Origin: Vulcanimicrobiota bacterium
GTDB taxonomy: Bacteria; Vulcanimicrobiota; Vulcanimicrobiia; Eremiobacterales; Eremiobacteraceae
Direction of reading: 5' to 3'
Length of the DNA stretch: 64,000 bases
Assembly (NCBI GenBank): GCA_963812135.1
Contig: CAWETU010000001.1
Span: 1,088,001 to 1,152,000, forward strand
The notes beneath the pieces are model-generated. The model saw only the letters and a list, made by a program, of their open reading frames with translations. It did no database searches and was not told the origin of the DNA. Of this stretch, positions 10,616-21,978 are shown piece after piece. The position numbers and the translations under genes were made by a program. The number at the start of each line of letters is the position of its first letter. Within the stretch, counting starts at the first letter, position 1.

Positions 10616-11445
10616 ATGACAAAACCATTGCTCGCCGTTGCGATCGCCGCTGTGAGCGTGGCGTGTCTCGCGATCCAACCCGATGGCGCCCGCGCGGGTG
10701 GTCCGTGCGCCGACTCGTGCAATCTCGCCGATCATATGGCCACGCATCAGATGGTGGCCATGAACGACATGCCCGGTATGGGAGGGATGAGTACGGCCTC
10801 GCCTGCACCTGGCGGGTCAAAACAGCCCGACGACTGTGTCGACAGACCTGCATCAGACCGCGCATATGGCCATGACGATGCCTCGTCCGGTGACGCCTGC
10901 GGACCAGCAGCGCGCCGATCAGATCCTGGCGTCGCTGCGCAAGGCGATCGAGCCGTTCAAGGACTATCGAGCCGCGGAGGCAGCCGGCTACAAGCAGTTC
11001 CTGTCCAAAGGTGCCGCAAGAGATCTACCATTTCACGAACTGGAGCAACGCGTTCGCGAACGTGCTCTCGTTCGATCCTGCGCGGCCGACCTCGCTGATG
11101 TACAAGCGCGTGCCCGGCGGGTTCGAACTCGTCGGCGCGATGTACACCGCGCCCGAGCAGGCGACGCAGGACCAGCTCAACGAGCGCGTGCCGCTGAGCA
11201 TCGCCACCTGGCACCTGCACACGAACCTGTGCCTACCTCCGCCCGGTCAACAGGTCAAATGGGTAGGACCCGGCGCGCAGTTCGGTCTGGCAGGCTCGAT
11301 CACCACCGCGCAGGCGTGCGAAGCCGCCGGCGGCAGCTTCAAGCCCGTCATCTACAATTGGATGGTGCACGTCTGGCCGTTCGAAACCGATCCTTCGAAG
11401 ATCTGGGCGACCGAAGAGCATCCGGGTATCATGGACCATATGTAA
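10616..11445 (+). CDS. Hypothetical secreted His/Met-rich protein, interrupted by two +1 frameshifts (~10820, ~11008)
   Basis: GGAGG before ATG; signal peptide; reads continuously across three frames (HMAMTMPR...GYKQFL, PQEIYHFTN, WHLHTNLC, WMVHVWPFE). Confidence 0.7.
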
Positions 11446-11494
11446 GTAGCATCCCGGAGGGCGGTGGCCTCTGACGGCGAATTTTGAACTTTCC

Positions 11495-12907
<1,413 letters not shown>

Positions 12908-12913
12908 GTGAGC

Positions 12914-13441
12914 ATGGCGTACATAAGACGCATCATCTTCGAACCCGATCCGATCCTCCACAAGGTGGCGAAGAAAGTCACCAACCTCGAGCTCAAGCTG
13001 CCGCTCACCCAACAGCTCATCGACGACATGTTCGTGACGATGCATAACGCGCCGGGCATCGGCCTGGCCGCGCCGCAAGTGGGCATCGGCAAGCGCATCA
13101 TCGTCGTGCAGCTCGGCGGCGAGGACGACCCGGCCTACGCGGTCGTGAATCCGGTGCTCAGCGATTTCGAGGGCGAGGAAGAAGGCGTCGAAGGCTGCCT
13201 CTCTATCCCTGGCGTGATCGGCGATGTCAAACGCGCCGCCGCGTGCACCGTGACCGGGCTCGAGAGAGACGGCAAGAAATTCACATTGCGCGCCGAGGGC
13301 ATGCTCGCGCGCTGTTTCCAGCATGAAGTCGATCACCTCGACGGCGTGCTGATCACCGACAAAGCGACGAACATCCGCGATGCGATCCCCGCGGAACAAC
13401 CGGAGAAAGAAGAAGAGAACCTTCGCAACGTCGGCATCTGA
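12914..13441 (+). CDS. def: Peptide deformylase
   Basis: GIGLAAPQ, EGCLS, QHEVDHLDG. Confidence 0.97.
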   Translation: MAYIRRIIFEPDPILHKVAKKVTNLELKLPLTQQLIDDMFVTMHNAPGIGLAAPQVGIGKRIIVVQLGGEDDPAYAVVNPVLSDFEGEEEGVEGCLSIPGVIGDVKRAAACTVTGLERDGKKFTLRAEGMLARCFQHEVDHLDGVLITDKATNIRDAIPAEQPEKEEENLRNVGI

Positions 13442-13454
13442 ACCCGGGCGCCGT

Positions 13455-14348
13455 TTGCGCGCGATCTTTTTCGGAAGCTCGGCATTCGCGGTGCCAAGCC
13501 TGCTTCACCTCAACCGCGAACACGATATCCTCGGCGTCTACACGCAAGCCGACCGGCCCGCGGGGCGCGGTCTGAAGATGACGCCCACGCCGGTCAAGAC
13601 GGCCGCCGCCGCCGCCGGCTTGCCAGTGTTCACCCCCGATCGCTTGGACGGCGCGTTTTGCGAAGCGGTGGGCGCGCTCTCACCCGACGTGCTGGTCACC
13701 GTTTCGTACGGCAAGATATTGCCGGCACGGTTGTTGACGACGCCGAAACTGGGCGCCCTCAATGTCCATCCCAGCCTCTTGCCCGCGTATCGCGGCGCGA
13801 CGCCGATCCAGGCCGCGCTGCGCGACGGACTCGCGCGCACCGGCGTGAGCATCATCTGGATGTCGGAACGGATGGACGCCGGCGATATCGCGCTTGCCGA
13901 AGACGTCGAGATCTTGCCCGACGATGATTTTCAAACGCTGCACGACCGGCTCGCGCAGGTCAGCGCGCAGCTGCTCGCACGCGCGACGAATGAATTGGCC
14001 AAAGGCACCCTCGCTCGCGTCGCCCAGGATGAGGCGGCCGCTACGTACACGCGCCCGCTTTCACGAGAAGACGCGCGCTTGCGTCTCGACGATGCGCGCC
14101 GCAACGTCGACGTGATCCGTTCGCTGAGCCCCAAGCCGGGTGCGTGGCTCGAACTGCGCGGCAAACGCGTCAAGGTCTTACAAGCTCGAGCCGAAGGCGA
14201 TGCGCCTGGCCAGGCTGGCGCGCTGCTTTCGCTCGCCGGTGAGGGTCCGCTGATCGCATGCACAGCCGGAGCGTTGCGATTGCTGCGCGTCGTGCCCGAA
14301 GGCAAACCGCCGATGAGCGGCGTCGACTTCGCTCGATCGCTCGCGTGA
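13455..14348 (+). CDS. fmt: Methionyl-tRNA formyltransferase (start approximate)
   Basis: IFFGSSAFA, DRPAGRG, NVHPSLLPAYRGATPIQ, MDAGD. Confidence 0.95.
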   Translation: MRAIFFGSSAFAVPSLLHLNREHDILGVYTQADRPAGRGLKMTPTPVKTAAAAAGLPVFTPDRLDGAFCEAVGALSPDVLVTVSYGKILPARLLTTPKLGALNVHPSLLPAYRGATPIQAALRDGLARTGVSIIWMSERMDAGDIALAEDVEILPDDDFQTLHDRLAQVSAQLLARATNELAKGTLARVAQDEAAATYTRPLSREDARLRLDDARRNVDVIRSLSPKPGAWLELRGKRVKVLQARAEGDAPGQAGALLSLAGEGPLIACTAGALRLLRVVPEGKPPMSGVDFARSLA

Positions 14349-15682
14349 CTGCGCGCGAAGTCGCACTGCGCGCGCTGATGCTTGGCGGCGATGCGTCAGC
14401 GACGCTGGATCGCCTGCTCGATCGCGCGGGCCTTGACGGCCGCGACCGGGCGTTCGCCACCGAACTAGCGCATGGCACGCTCAAGCGACGGCGCACGCTC
14501 GCCTGGGCTTTGCAGCGCTGTTTGAACAAACCGTTCGAAAAACTCGACGTGCTGTTGCAATGGGTGCTCATGCTCGGCGCGTATCAGATCCTCTACCTCG
14601 AGCGCGTGCCGGTGCACAGCGCTGTGGACGAAAGCGTCGCGCTCGCGCGCCGGCTTGGCCATGCCGGCATCGCCGCGACGGCAAACGCCGTGTTGCGCCG
14701 CCTGAGCCGGGAGCGGCCGCAGCCGCCTGAGCCGACGCGCGAAGGCGGCGCGACGGCGCTTGGCCTTTTCGCGTCGTTGCCTGACTGGATCGCGCAAGCA
14801 TATATCGAGCGCTTTGGTTTCGACGAAGCCGTTCGCATCGCAGCCGGTCTCAATGCGCCGCCGCGCCGAGCCGTTCGTGTCAATACGGAGAAATGGTCGC
14901 CCGAGCAAGCGCGCGACGCGCTGCACGGCGCGGGTTTTGAGACGACGCCGGGTTCGCTGGACATTCCGGAATGCATCATCGTCGCCAATGCGTCGCGCGG
15001 CGACCGCCGCAAACTCGCCGCCTGGCTCGCCGACGGCCGGCTCACGCTGCAAAGCGAAGAAAGCCAATTCGCGGTGCAGCTGCTCGCGCCGCAGCCCGGC
15101 GAGACGATTCTCGACGTGTGTGCCGGCCGCGGCGTGAAGACCGGCGGCATCGCCGCGCGCATGGCAGGCCGCGGTCGCATCGTCGCCGTCGACGACGATG
15201 CGGTCAAACTCAAAGCGCTCCAGACATCCGCGGCGCATTTCGCGACGCCGGTCGTGGTCATCCGCGCCGATGCGCGCAGCGCGTACGCGGCAGGACCGGA
15301 CGGGGGTGTGGATGCTGCACTGATCGACGCGCCCTGCTCGGGACTCGGGATCATCGGCCGGCGCGCCGACGCGCGCTGGCGCAAAGACCCCAACGATCCG
15401 GCGCGCTTCGCTGCCGTGCAGCGCGACATCCTCGCGCGTGCGGCGTCACATGTAAAGCCGGGCGGCCGGCTGCTGTACGTGACGTGTTCGACCCACCCAC
15501 TGGAAGATGAAGAGGTCATCGCCGCGTTCTTGCGCAGTGACGGCCAGTGGCGCGCCCGCCCGCTCGCGCTGCCCGCACCTGCGTCGAGCATCACACCAGC
15601 CGGCGACGGTGTAATGAGTGAGCCAGGCATCAACGGTGCCGACGGATTCTTCTACGCCATGCTCGAACGCGCACCGCGATGA
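14345..15682 (+). CDS. rsmB: 16S rRNA m5C967 methyltransferase RsmB
   Basis: NusB-like N-terminus, LDVCAGRGVK, IDAPCSGLG, YVTCS; follows def-fmt. Confidence 0.92.
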   Translation: MTAREVALRALMLGGDASATLDRLLDRAGLDGRDRAFATELAHGTLKRRRTLAWALQRCLNKPFEKLDVLLQWVLMLGAYQILYLERVPVHSAVDESVALARRLGHAGIAATANAVLRRLSRERPQPPEPTREGGATALGLFASLPDWIAQAYIERFGFDEAVRIAAGLNAPPRRAVRVNTEKWSPEQARDALHGAGFETTPGSLDIPECIIVANASRGDRRKLAAWLADGRLTLQSEESQFAVQLLAPQPGETILDVCAGRGVKTGGIAARMAGRGRIVAVDDDAVKLKALQTSAAHFATPVVVIRADARSAYAAGPDGGVDAALIDAPCSGLGIIGRRADARWRKDPNDPARFAAVQRDILARAASHVKPGGRLLYVTCSTHPLEDEEVIAAFLRSDGQWRARPLALPAPASSITPAGDGVMSEPGINGADGFFYAMLERAPR

Positions 15683-16110
15683 TCGCGAATGCGCTCGCCG
15701 TTCGTTGGGAATCGCTCTTCATGGCGCTTGGTGCCTTGGCGCTCGCGCTGTGGGCGTTTCGATCGCCTTCGGGCCCGCCGCCAGCGGAGCAATCAGAGCC
15801 CGTTGGCGCCGCCAGACTGCGCGTGCAGCGTCCCGGCCAGACCGCTGATATCGTCGACGTTCGAGATGGCTGTCTGTTCGGCCGCGGCCGGGATTGTGAC
15901 ATCGCGTTCGACGATGCGAGCGTTTCGAAGCTGCACGCCCGCTTGCACCTGGCAGACGGCGCGGCGACTATCGAGGATCTCGACTCCACCAATGGCACGT
16001 TGCTGAACGGAAAGCGGCTCGAAGGCATGGCCGCGCTGCGCCGTGGGGACAGGATTGGTTTGGGAACCAACCAAATAGTCTTCCTCGGAGCGCCATCCCA
16101 GGACGTTTAG
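15679..16110 (+). CDS. Membrane-anchored FHA domain protein
   Basis: FGR...VSKLHA...DLDSTNGT FHA motifs after an N-terminal TM helix. Confidence 0.9.
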   Translation: MIANALAVRWESLFMALGALALALWAFRSPSGPPPAEQSEPVGAARLRVQRPGQTADIVDVRDGCLFGRGRDCDIAFDDASVSKLHARLHLADGAATIEDLDSTNGTLLNGKRLEGMAALRRGDRIGLGTNQIVFLGAPSQDV

Positions 16111-16134
16111 CGCGCTCAGTAGGAAGCGGATTCG

Positions 16135-17238
16135 ATGGAGGTCGGCGTAGCCACCGACGTCGGCGCGGGCCAACGATCGAACGAGGACGCATGGAGCGCA
16201 GAACAGCTCCATAAGAACGTCACGTTGCTTGCCGTCGCTGACGGATTCGGTCGCGCCCACGGCGTGCCCGCCGCCACCCTCGTGCTCGAGACCGTACGAG
16301 ATGCGGTGCGTCGCGAGCTTCGCCGAGCGACCTTTCCATCGCGCACCCTGAGCCCCACCGATGTCCGCCAGCTGCTGGTCAGCGCCTTCACCGAAGCCAA
16401 CGATCGCCTCTACCGCCTCGGCGGCGGCAGCGACGACTGCGTCACCACCGCTTCGACCTGCACCGCGGTGCTCATCATCAACGATCAGGCGTTCATCGGC
16501 CACATCGGCGACTCTCGCGCGTACCTGCTGCGCCGCAATGAGCTCGTCGCGCTGACCAACGACGAGTCCATCGTGCCCGAGCTGGTGCGCAGCGGCGGCC
16601 GCTCGCCACGCCTCGGCAAACAACGCCCGTTCCGGCCGCTGCTGATGCGCGCGCTCGGCGTCGAAGATGCGGTGGCGGTCTCACCCAAAGTCTCGCACTA
16701 CACCTTGCATGCGCGCGATGCGATTGCGCTGCTGACCGATGGCGCGCACCGCGCAGTGGCGCTAGCAGATCTGCAACCCGCGTTGACCAACCGCGACACC
16801 GCCGATGCGAGCGCGCAGCGCGTGGTCGCGCTCGCCCGCATCGCCGGCGGTTCGGATAATGCCACGGTGCTGTTGGCGCGCGACGTGACGTTGCACGGTA
16901 CGCCCGCGGATCGCGCGCGCGTACCCAAACGGCCGAGGATCGCCGGCGTCACACTGCTGGTCGCACTCGCGTTGTTCGTCATCGTGACCACCGGCATCAT
17001 CGCGTGGTGGATCAGCGACAGCCATCTTTACCTCGGCACAGATCCTTCGGGCAAAGTCGCGCTCTATGCGGGCACGCCGGCAAGCTTCTATGGCGTGCCG
17101 TTGCACGTGACGCGCAAGACCTATGACGTGGTCGCCGGTTCGCTCCCGTCGTCCGTGCAGCAAAACCTCGAGCGCGGCGTGATCGTCAACGATCCTAACG
17201 CCGCCGACGATTTCCTCCGGACCCAAGCGCGCCACTAA
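16135..17238 (+). CDS. PP2C-family Ser/Thr phosphatase with C-terminal TM (PstP/Stp-like)
   Basis: NED, VADG, HIGDSRAY, TDG, GGSDNAT. Confidence 0.9.
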   Translation: MEVGVATDVGAGQRSNEDAWSAEQLHKNVTLLAVADGFGRAHGVPAATLVLETVRDAVRRELRRATFPSRTLSPTDVRQLLVSAFTEANDRLYRLGGGSDDCVTTASTCTAVLIINDQAFIGHIGDSRAYLLRRNELVALTNDESIVPELVRSGGRSPRLGKQRPFRPLLMRALGVEDAVAVSPKVSHYTLHARDAIALLTDGAHRAVALADLQPALTNRDTADASAQRVVALARIAGGSDNATVLLARDVTLHGTPADRARVPKRPRIAGVTLLVALALFVIVTTGIIAWWISDSHLYLGTDPSGKVALYAGTPASFYGVPLHVTRKTYDVVAGSLPSSVQQNLERGVIVNDPNAADDFLRTQARH

Positions 17239-18549
17239 GTGGATGTGGTCGCGCGTTCGCTAAACGCGCCAAACGTCAAGCTTCGCGATCTCGCGCCGTT
17301 GCTGGTCGTCTTGACCGCGGCGGGGATCGGCATGGCGCTGCTGCTGCCGGTCAACGGCTGGTACCCGTGGTGGATGCTGCTCATCTCCGGCGCGCTGTTC
17401 GTCGTCTGGCAAGCCACGCCGCCGGACAACGTCGAGCACGATCGCACGATCATCCCCATCGTCGCCGCGATCTGCGCGCTCGGCATCCTGGAGATCAGCC
17501 GCATCGACCCATACTTGGGCCGGCACCAGACCGGCTCGCTTATCTTCGGGCTGGCGATCGTCGTGCTCGGCCAGCGCCTGTTCGTGCAGTACCGCAAGCT
17601 CGCGCACGTCACGTATCCCTGGGTCTTGATCTCGCTCGCGCTGTTCGTCGCGCTGCACTATTTCGGTCAAGAGATCAACGGCGCGCGGTTGTGGTTCCAC
17701 ATCGGGCCGTTCAATGCGCAGCCGGTGGAGGGCATCAAGCTCTTCATGGTGTTCTTCATGGCGGCGTATCTGGCGGATCGGGGCGACGCGATCGCCGCCG
17801 TGCGCTGGTCCGACATCGGCACCTACGCTCGGCTGATCGTGCCGCTCATCCTTGGCTGGGGCGTGTCGATCCTCACGCTCGTGCTACAACACGACGTGGG
17901 CATGGCCGCGCTCTTCTTGGGGATCTTCCTCGTGATGCTGTACGTCTCGTCGCGGCGGCTCGACATCGTCATCGCGTTCTTCGCGATCTTCGCGCTGGGC
18001 GCGTGGTTCGCGGCGCACAACTTCCCCTACGTGCAGACGCGCATCGGCGTCTGGCTCGATCCGTGGACCGACCCGCTGGGGCGCGGCTACCAGGCCGAGC
18101 AGGGTTTCTTCTCGCTGGCGGCCGGCGGACTGCTCGGCACCGGCTACCATCAAGGGCATCCGGGATTCATCCCGGATGCGGCCACCGACTACACCTTTGC
18201 GGCATGGGCGGAAGAATTCGGATTGCTCGGCGGACTTGCGCTGATCGCGTTGTATACCGTGCTCGTCGTGCGCGGGTTCAGCATCGCCTTTGCAGCAGCC
18301 GACCGCTTCACCGCGCTGCTGGCAACCGGCTTCGCGGCAACGCTCGGCATTCAAGTGTTCGTTATCATCGGCGGCGTCGTCGGCCTGTTGCCATTAACCG
18401 GCATTACGCTGCCGTTCTTCTCGTATGGCGGCTCCAGCATCGTCGCCAACCTCGTCATGCTCAACTTCCTATGGTTGTTCAGCCGTAAGTCGGGGGAAAT
18501 AGAAAAACAGACGCAGCCCCTCGCTCCAGAAGGCGCGGGCGGCTCGTAA
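17239..18549 (+). CDS. FtsW/RodA/SpoVE family SEDS protein
   Basis: INGARLW, QPVE, DYTFAAWAEEFG, PLTGITLPFFSYGGSS. Confidence 0.95.
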   Translation: MDVVARSLNAPNVKLRDLAPLLVVLTAAGIGMALLLPVNGWYPWWMLLISGALFVVWQATPPDNVEHDRTIIPIVAAICALGILEISRIDPYLGRHQTGSLIFGLAIVVLGQRLFVQYRKLAHVTYPWVLISLALFVALHYFGQEINGARLWFHIGPFNAQPVEGIKLFMVFFMAAYLADRGDAIAAVRWSDIGTYARLIVPLILGWGVSILTLVLQHDVGMAALFLGIFLVMLYVSSRRLDIVIAFFAIFALGAWFAAHNFPYVQTRIGVWLDPWTDPLGRGYQAEQGFFSLAAGGLLGTGYHQGHPGFIPDAATDYTFAAWAEEFGLLGGLALIALYTVLVVRGFSIAFAAADRFTALLATGFAATLGIQVFVIIGGVVGLLPLTGITLPFFSYGGSSIVANLVMLNFLWLFSRKSGEIEKQTQPLAPEGAGGS

Positions 18550-18567
18550 CCCTCCTTAGGGCCTACC

Positions 18568-19296
18568 ATGGAAGGAATCAACGTGACGAACAAGTCTCTT
18601 ATTTTCGCTTTTTGCACCGCGATGCTCGCGGCGGCCAGCGTCGGCTGTACCTCCTCGGGGTCGACCTCCGGACCGCAGCCACCCGGCCCGATCAACTCAT
18701 CGATAACGGACCCGACTGGCGACACGAATAGCATCGCAAACGGAGCGACGATCTACGACATCACCGGCGTGACATCGTCGCGCACAGGTCCCCCTGGGGG
18801 CACCTACACGACCATCACGGTCGCGGTGACGTTTGCTCAGCCGGTGGCATTACCACCACCCGGCGGAACTCCTGACGTCGCCGGAACGCAGCTCGCCGGC
18901 TATGTCGTCTTCGACACGGACGGCAACTTTGCCGACGGAACGAACTTCAATTTCTGCAGCACCGGCGGCGGCGGCACGTACAATGGAGCTGACTATCAGG
19001 TCTACCTATTCACGCGATTGGCCGATGGCAGCTATCCGATTCAGGGACCGCTGCCGACAGTGACGCAGACCGGCGAGGCCGCGGTCACGGTCAACGGCAA
19101 TACGATCGCGTTCACCATACCGATCGCCGCGATCGGCAACAATCCGGCGGGACCGTTCAACCTCGGCGTCGTGGCGGGCAACAATGGTAATCCGTCCGAC
19201 TGCGCGGCGAATTCCGGCTATACCGCTGCGAATTTCCTCGAGCATCCGATGAGCGGCAGTCCTCAACCAGGAAGAACGACTGTGTGGGGCCGGTAG
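18568..19296 (+). CDS. Hypothetical lipoprotein (beta-rich, possibly DOMON/CBM9-like)
   Basis: Lipobox-like SVGC; TDPTGD and FDTDGN motifs. Confidence 0.65.
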   Translation: MEGINVTNKSLIFAFCTAMLAAASVGCTSSGSTSGPQPPGPINSSITDPTGDTNSIANGATIYDITGVTSSRTGPPGGTYTTITVAVTFAQPVALPPPGGTPDVAGTQLAGYVVFDTDGNFADGTNFNFCSTGGGGTYNGADYQVYLFTRLADGSYPIQGPLPTVTQTGEAAVTVNGNTIAFTIPIAAIGNNPAGPFNLGVVAGNNGNPSDCAANSGYTAANFLEHPMSGSPQPGRTTVWGR

Positions 19297-19325
19297 AATA
19301 ACTGAGAAACGTCTGAGTATTCCAC

Positions 19326-19359
19326 GCGCGAAGGGACGAGCTTGCCCGTCCCTTCGCGC
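19326..19359. terminator. Strong intergenic hairpin
   Basis: GCGCGAAGGGACG / CGTCCCTTCGCGC perfect 13-bp inverted repeat; no U-tract. Confidence 0.5.
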
Positions 19360-19424
19360 ATGGTTCACGAACGCGCTTCGCGAAGCCGCACCTTTCGATG
19401 CCGCATCACGTTATTAGTAATGAC

Positions 19425-19985
19425 ATGAAGAAACGAGCAACCCTGGCCTGTGGCGCGATTGGCCTCTGCCTCGCGCTCGTCGGGTGCAACCCATTTCAAT
19501 CGGTCCAACTCGACCTCACGCCTAACCCGCTGATCGTCGGCCTTCTCGACACGCATGCGACGATCCATGCGCACGTGGTGACGCACGGCATCGGAACGGT
19601 GCCGTTCGACAACGTCCAGTTTGCAGTCTACAATGCGGACAATTCGCTCCTGCTGAGCACCAAAGAGAAGATCGACCAGAGCGGCCAGACGACGACGATG
19701 GATCGCGACTACACGATTCCCATCAACGGCGCGGCAGTCGCGCTGTCCGGCACGAAATACATCGAGGTGCGGATCTTCGATCCGAGCGGTAAGGAGCTCG
19801 CGGCCCGCAAGCTCGACCTCGTCGTCCACGTGCTCAACGGCGTCTCGATACCCGACATCCTGATGCCCAAGGGTTCGACGCCGGGCAACAGCCCTGCACC
19901 GGCGACGCCTCAACCAGCACCGGCGCCGACCGCTTCGCCGACACCCGCACCCGCGCAGAGCGCCGCACCAGCGCCAGGCCTCTAG
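19425..19985 (+). CDS. Hypothetical lipoprotein with Pro/Ala-rich tail
   Basis: MKKR...LALVGC lipobox. Confidence 0.7.
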   Translation: MKKRATLACGAIGLCLALVGCNPFQSVQLDLTPNPLIVGLLDTHATIHAHVVTHGIGTVPFDNVQFAVYNADNSLLLSTKEKIDQSGQTTTMDRDYTIPINGAAVALSGTKYIEVRIFDPSGKELAARKLDLVVHVLNGVSIPDILMPKGSTPGNSPAPATPQPAPAPTASPTPAPAQSAAPAPGL

Positions 19986-20031
19986 CCGATCACGAGGTCG
20001 CCCTAGGCCCGGCTGCGAACGTCCGTACGAT

Positions 20032-20970
20032 ATGGCAGTTCGACGCCGGCGGCCAAGGCGTCGCCCGCGCCCGCGCCCGTTTCCGTGGCTTCCAACCGTC
20101 ATCATCGTGTTGCTCGTCGCCGGGTTGTGGTGGAGCGTCGGCGCGCTTAAGCGGCAGATCGCCGGCTATTATGAGACCGGTCCGCATGGACACCGGACGC
20201 CACAACGTGTGGCCGTGCAGCCGCATACGACCACGTCGCAGCACGCCGTTCCGGCAGCCGTGGCGCAGCGCCCGCTCGTCTCAGCGACCGGCGCGCTCGC
20301 GCCGATCCATCCGCCCCGGGTCGCGATCATCATCGACGACTGCGGCAACAATCTACCTAAAGATGAACAGTTTCTCGGCCTCCAGGCGCCGCTGACGCTC
20401 GCGATCTTGCCGCTGTCCGCACACGGCCGCGACATCGCGCAAGAGGCGCAGGCCGCTGGTAAGTCGATCATATTGCACTTGCCGATGCAACCCGTGTCCG
20501 CAGAATTCAATCCGGGTCCTGGAGCCATCACGACGGCGATGACCGACCGGCAGATCATGGCGCAGGTCGAGCAAGACTTGGAGTCGTTGCCGCCGGTGCC
20601 CGGCGCGAACAACCACATGGGCAGTCTTGGCACCAGCGACCCGCGCGTGATGCACGACGTGCTCGAAGTGTTCAAATCGAAGCGGCTGTTCTTCATCGAC
20701 TCGGAGACGTCCAATGCGAGTCTCGGCGCGCAGATGGCGCGCGAGGTCGGCGTGCAGACGGCGGCGCGAGACGTCTTCTTGGACAACGATGTCAATGAGC
20801 CCGCGATCGAGGCGCAGTTGCGCGAAACGCTCAAGGTCGCGCTGGCGCATGGACAGGCGATCGCGATCGGTCATCCCAACGCCGAGACGGCGCAGGCGCT
20901 CGCGGTCATGATTCCGCAGATGCAGGCCGCCGGCATCGAGTTCGTCCCCGCCGAAACACTCGTCAAGTAA
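20032..20970 (+). CDS. Divergent polysaccharide deacetylase (YibQ family)
   Basis: IIIDDCG, LHLPMQP, NNHMGS, FFIDS, RDVFLD, IAIGHP. Confidence 0.93.
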   Translation: MAVRRRRPRRRPRPRPFPWLPTVIIVLLVAGLWWSVGALKRQIAGYYETGPHGHRTPQRVAVQPHTTTSQHAVPAAVAQRPLVSATGALAPIHPPRVAIIIDDCGNNLPKDEQFLGLQAPLTLAILPLSAHGRDIAQEAQAAGKSIILHLPMQPVSAEFNPGPGAITTAMTDRQIMAQVEQDLESLPPVPGANNHMGSLGTSDPRVMHDVLEVFKSKRLFFIDSETSNASLGAQMAREVGVQTAARDVFLDNDVNEPAIEAQLRETLKVALAHGQAIAIGHPNAETAQALAVMIPQMQAAGIEFVPAETLVK

Positions 20971-21021
20971 CGGCCACCTCTCGGCCACATCTCGCTCATA
21001 TGACTTCGGCACACTGCCGCA

Positions 21022-21912
21022 ATGGCTGCCGGCCGCGTCATCCTCGCAGACCTGGGCGCTCCGCCGGACACCGCGGCGTTGGTCGCGTGCGACGATGCCG
21101 AGACGGCGCTGGCGATCGAACGAGTGCGAGCGCGGCTGCTGCGCTCACGAAAACGTTTGTTGCGAGGTTCGGGAGAACGCGCGGCGCTCGATTCGACGAT
21201 CGGGCAGCTGCGGCGGCTTCAAAATCCGCAGTTGGGCGCATATCGCAGCGGTTCGGTCATCGTGTTGTCGGAGCCGTTCAATGGGATCGGCAGCCCGATT
21301 GTCCAGGCGCCGTTCGAGCGGGCGTGCGTTGCAGTCAGCAAGCTGCTGCGCGGTACGGCGCCAGCGATGCTTGTCCATGCCTTGGCGCCATATGGCGAGC
21401 TTGCGTTGACGCAGGCGGTGGCGGCAGGCGTCAGCATCGCGCTTGTTCCCGAGGGGCAAGCATTCGCGAGTTTCTCGTCATCGGTCGCACGTTGCGCGCC
21501 GGCGATCGACGAGTGGCCCTCGCCGCCATCAGGCCTGTTTGTCGTTGACGAACGCCGGATCTTGCTGCGCGCACGCTCGCTGCGGATGACCGCGGCGCAC
21601 GAGTTCGCGCACGCGCTCGACGCGCTGCTCGCGCGCAAAAAGCGGTCGTATTTCTCATACGAAAGCGAAGAACTGCGTTATTACTTCGCGACTGCTACAG
21701 GTTGGGTCAACGAATATGCGGCGAGCAGCCTCGACGAGTATTTCGCGGAGAGCGTGCGAGCATATGTGGAAGTCAACGATGAACGCTGCGCTTGGCTGCC
21801 GTTAACCCGCCAGGACCTCTACTTGCGTGACCCGCGCATGTTTGGGCTCATCGAGCGCCTTTTCAAAAGTGGCTTCAAGGCCGCCGAGCGGCGCACATTA
21901 CACCGGTCATAA
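21022..21912 (+). CDS. Zinc metallopeptidase, anthrax-lethal-factor/Pro-Pro endopeptidase-like
   Basis: HEFAHALD plus YAASSLDEYFAESV. Confidence 0.7.
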   Translation: MAAGRVILADLGAPPDTAALVACDDAETALAIERVRARLLRSRKRLLRGSGERAALDSTIGQLRRLQNPQLGAYRSGSVIVLSEPFNGIGSPIVQAPFERACVAVSKLLRGTAPAMLVHALAPYGELALTQAVAAGVSIALVPEGQAFASFSSSVARCAPAIDEWPSPPSGLFVVDERRILLRARSLRMTAAHEFAHALDALLARKKRSYFSYESEELRYYFATATGWVNEYAASSLDEYFAESVRAYVEVNDERCAWLPLTRQDLYLRDPRMFGLIERLFKSGFKAAERRTLHRS

Positions 21913-21978
21913 AGGAACGGCATCGGACGAAGGGACGGCGACCTGGATTCCCGTAACCAAGCCGGGCGTTTTGGAGGG

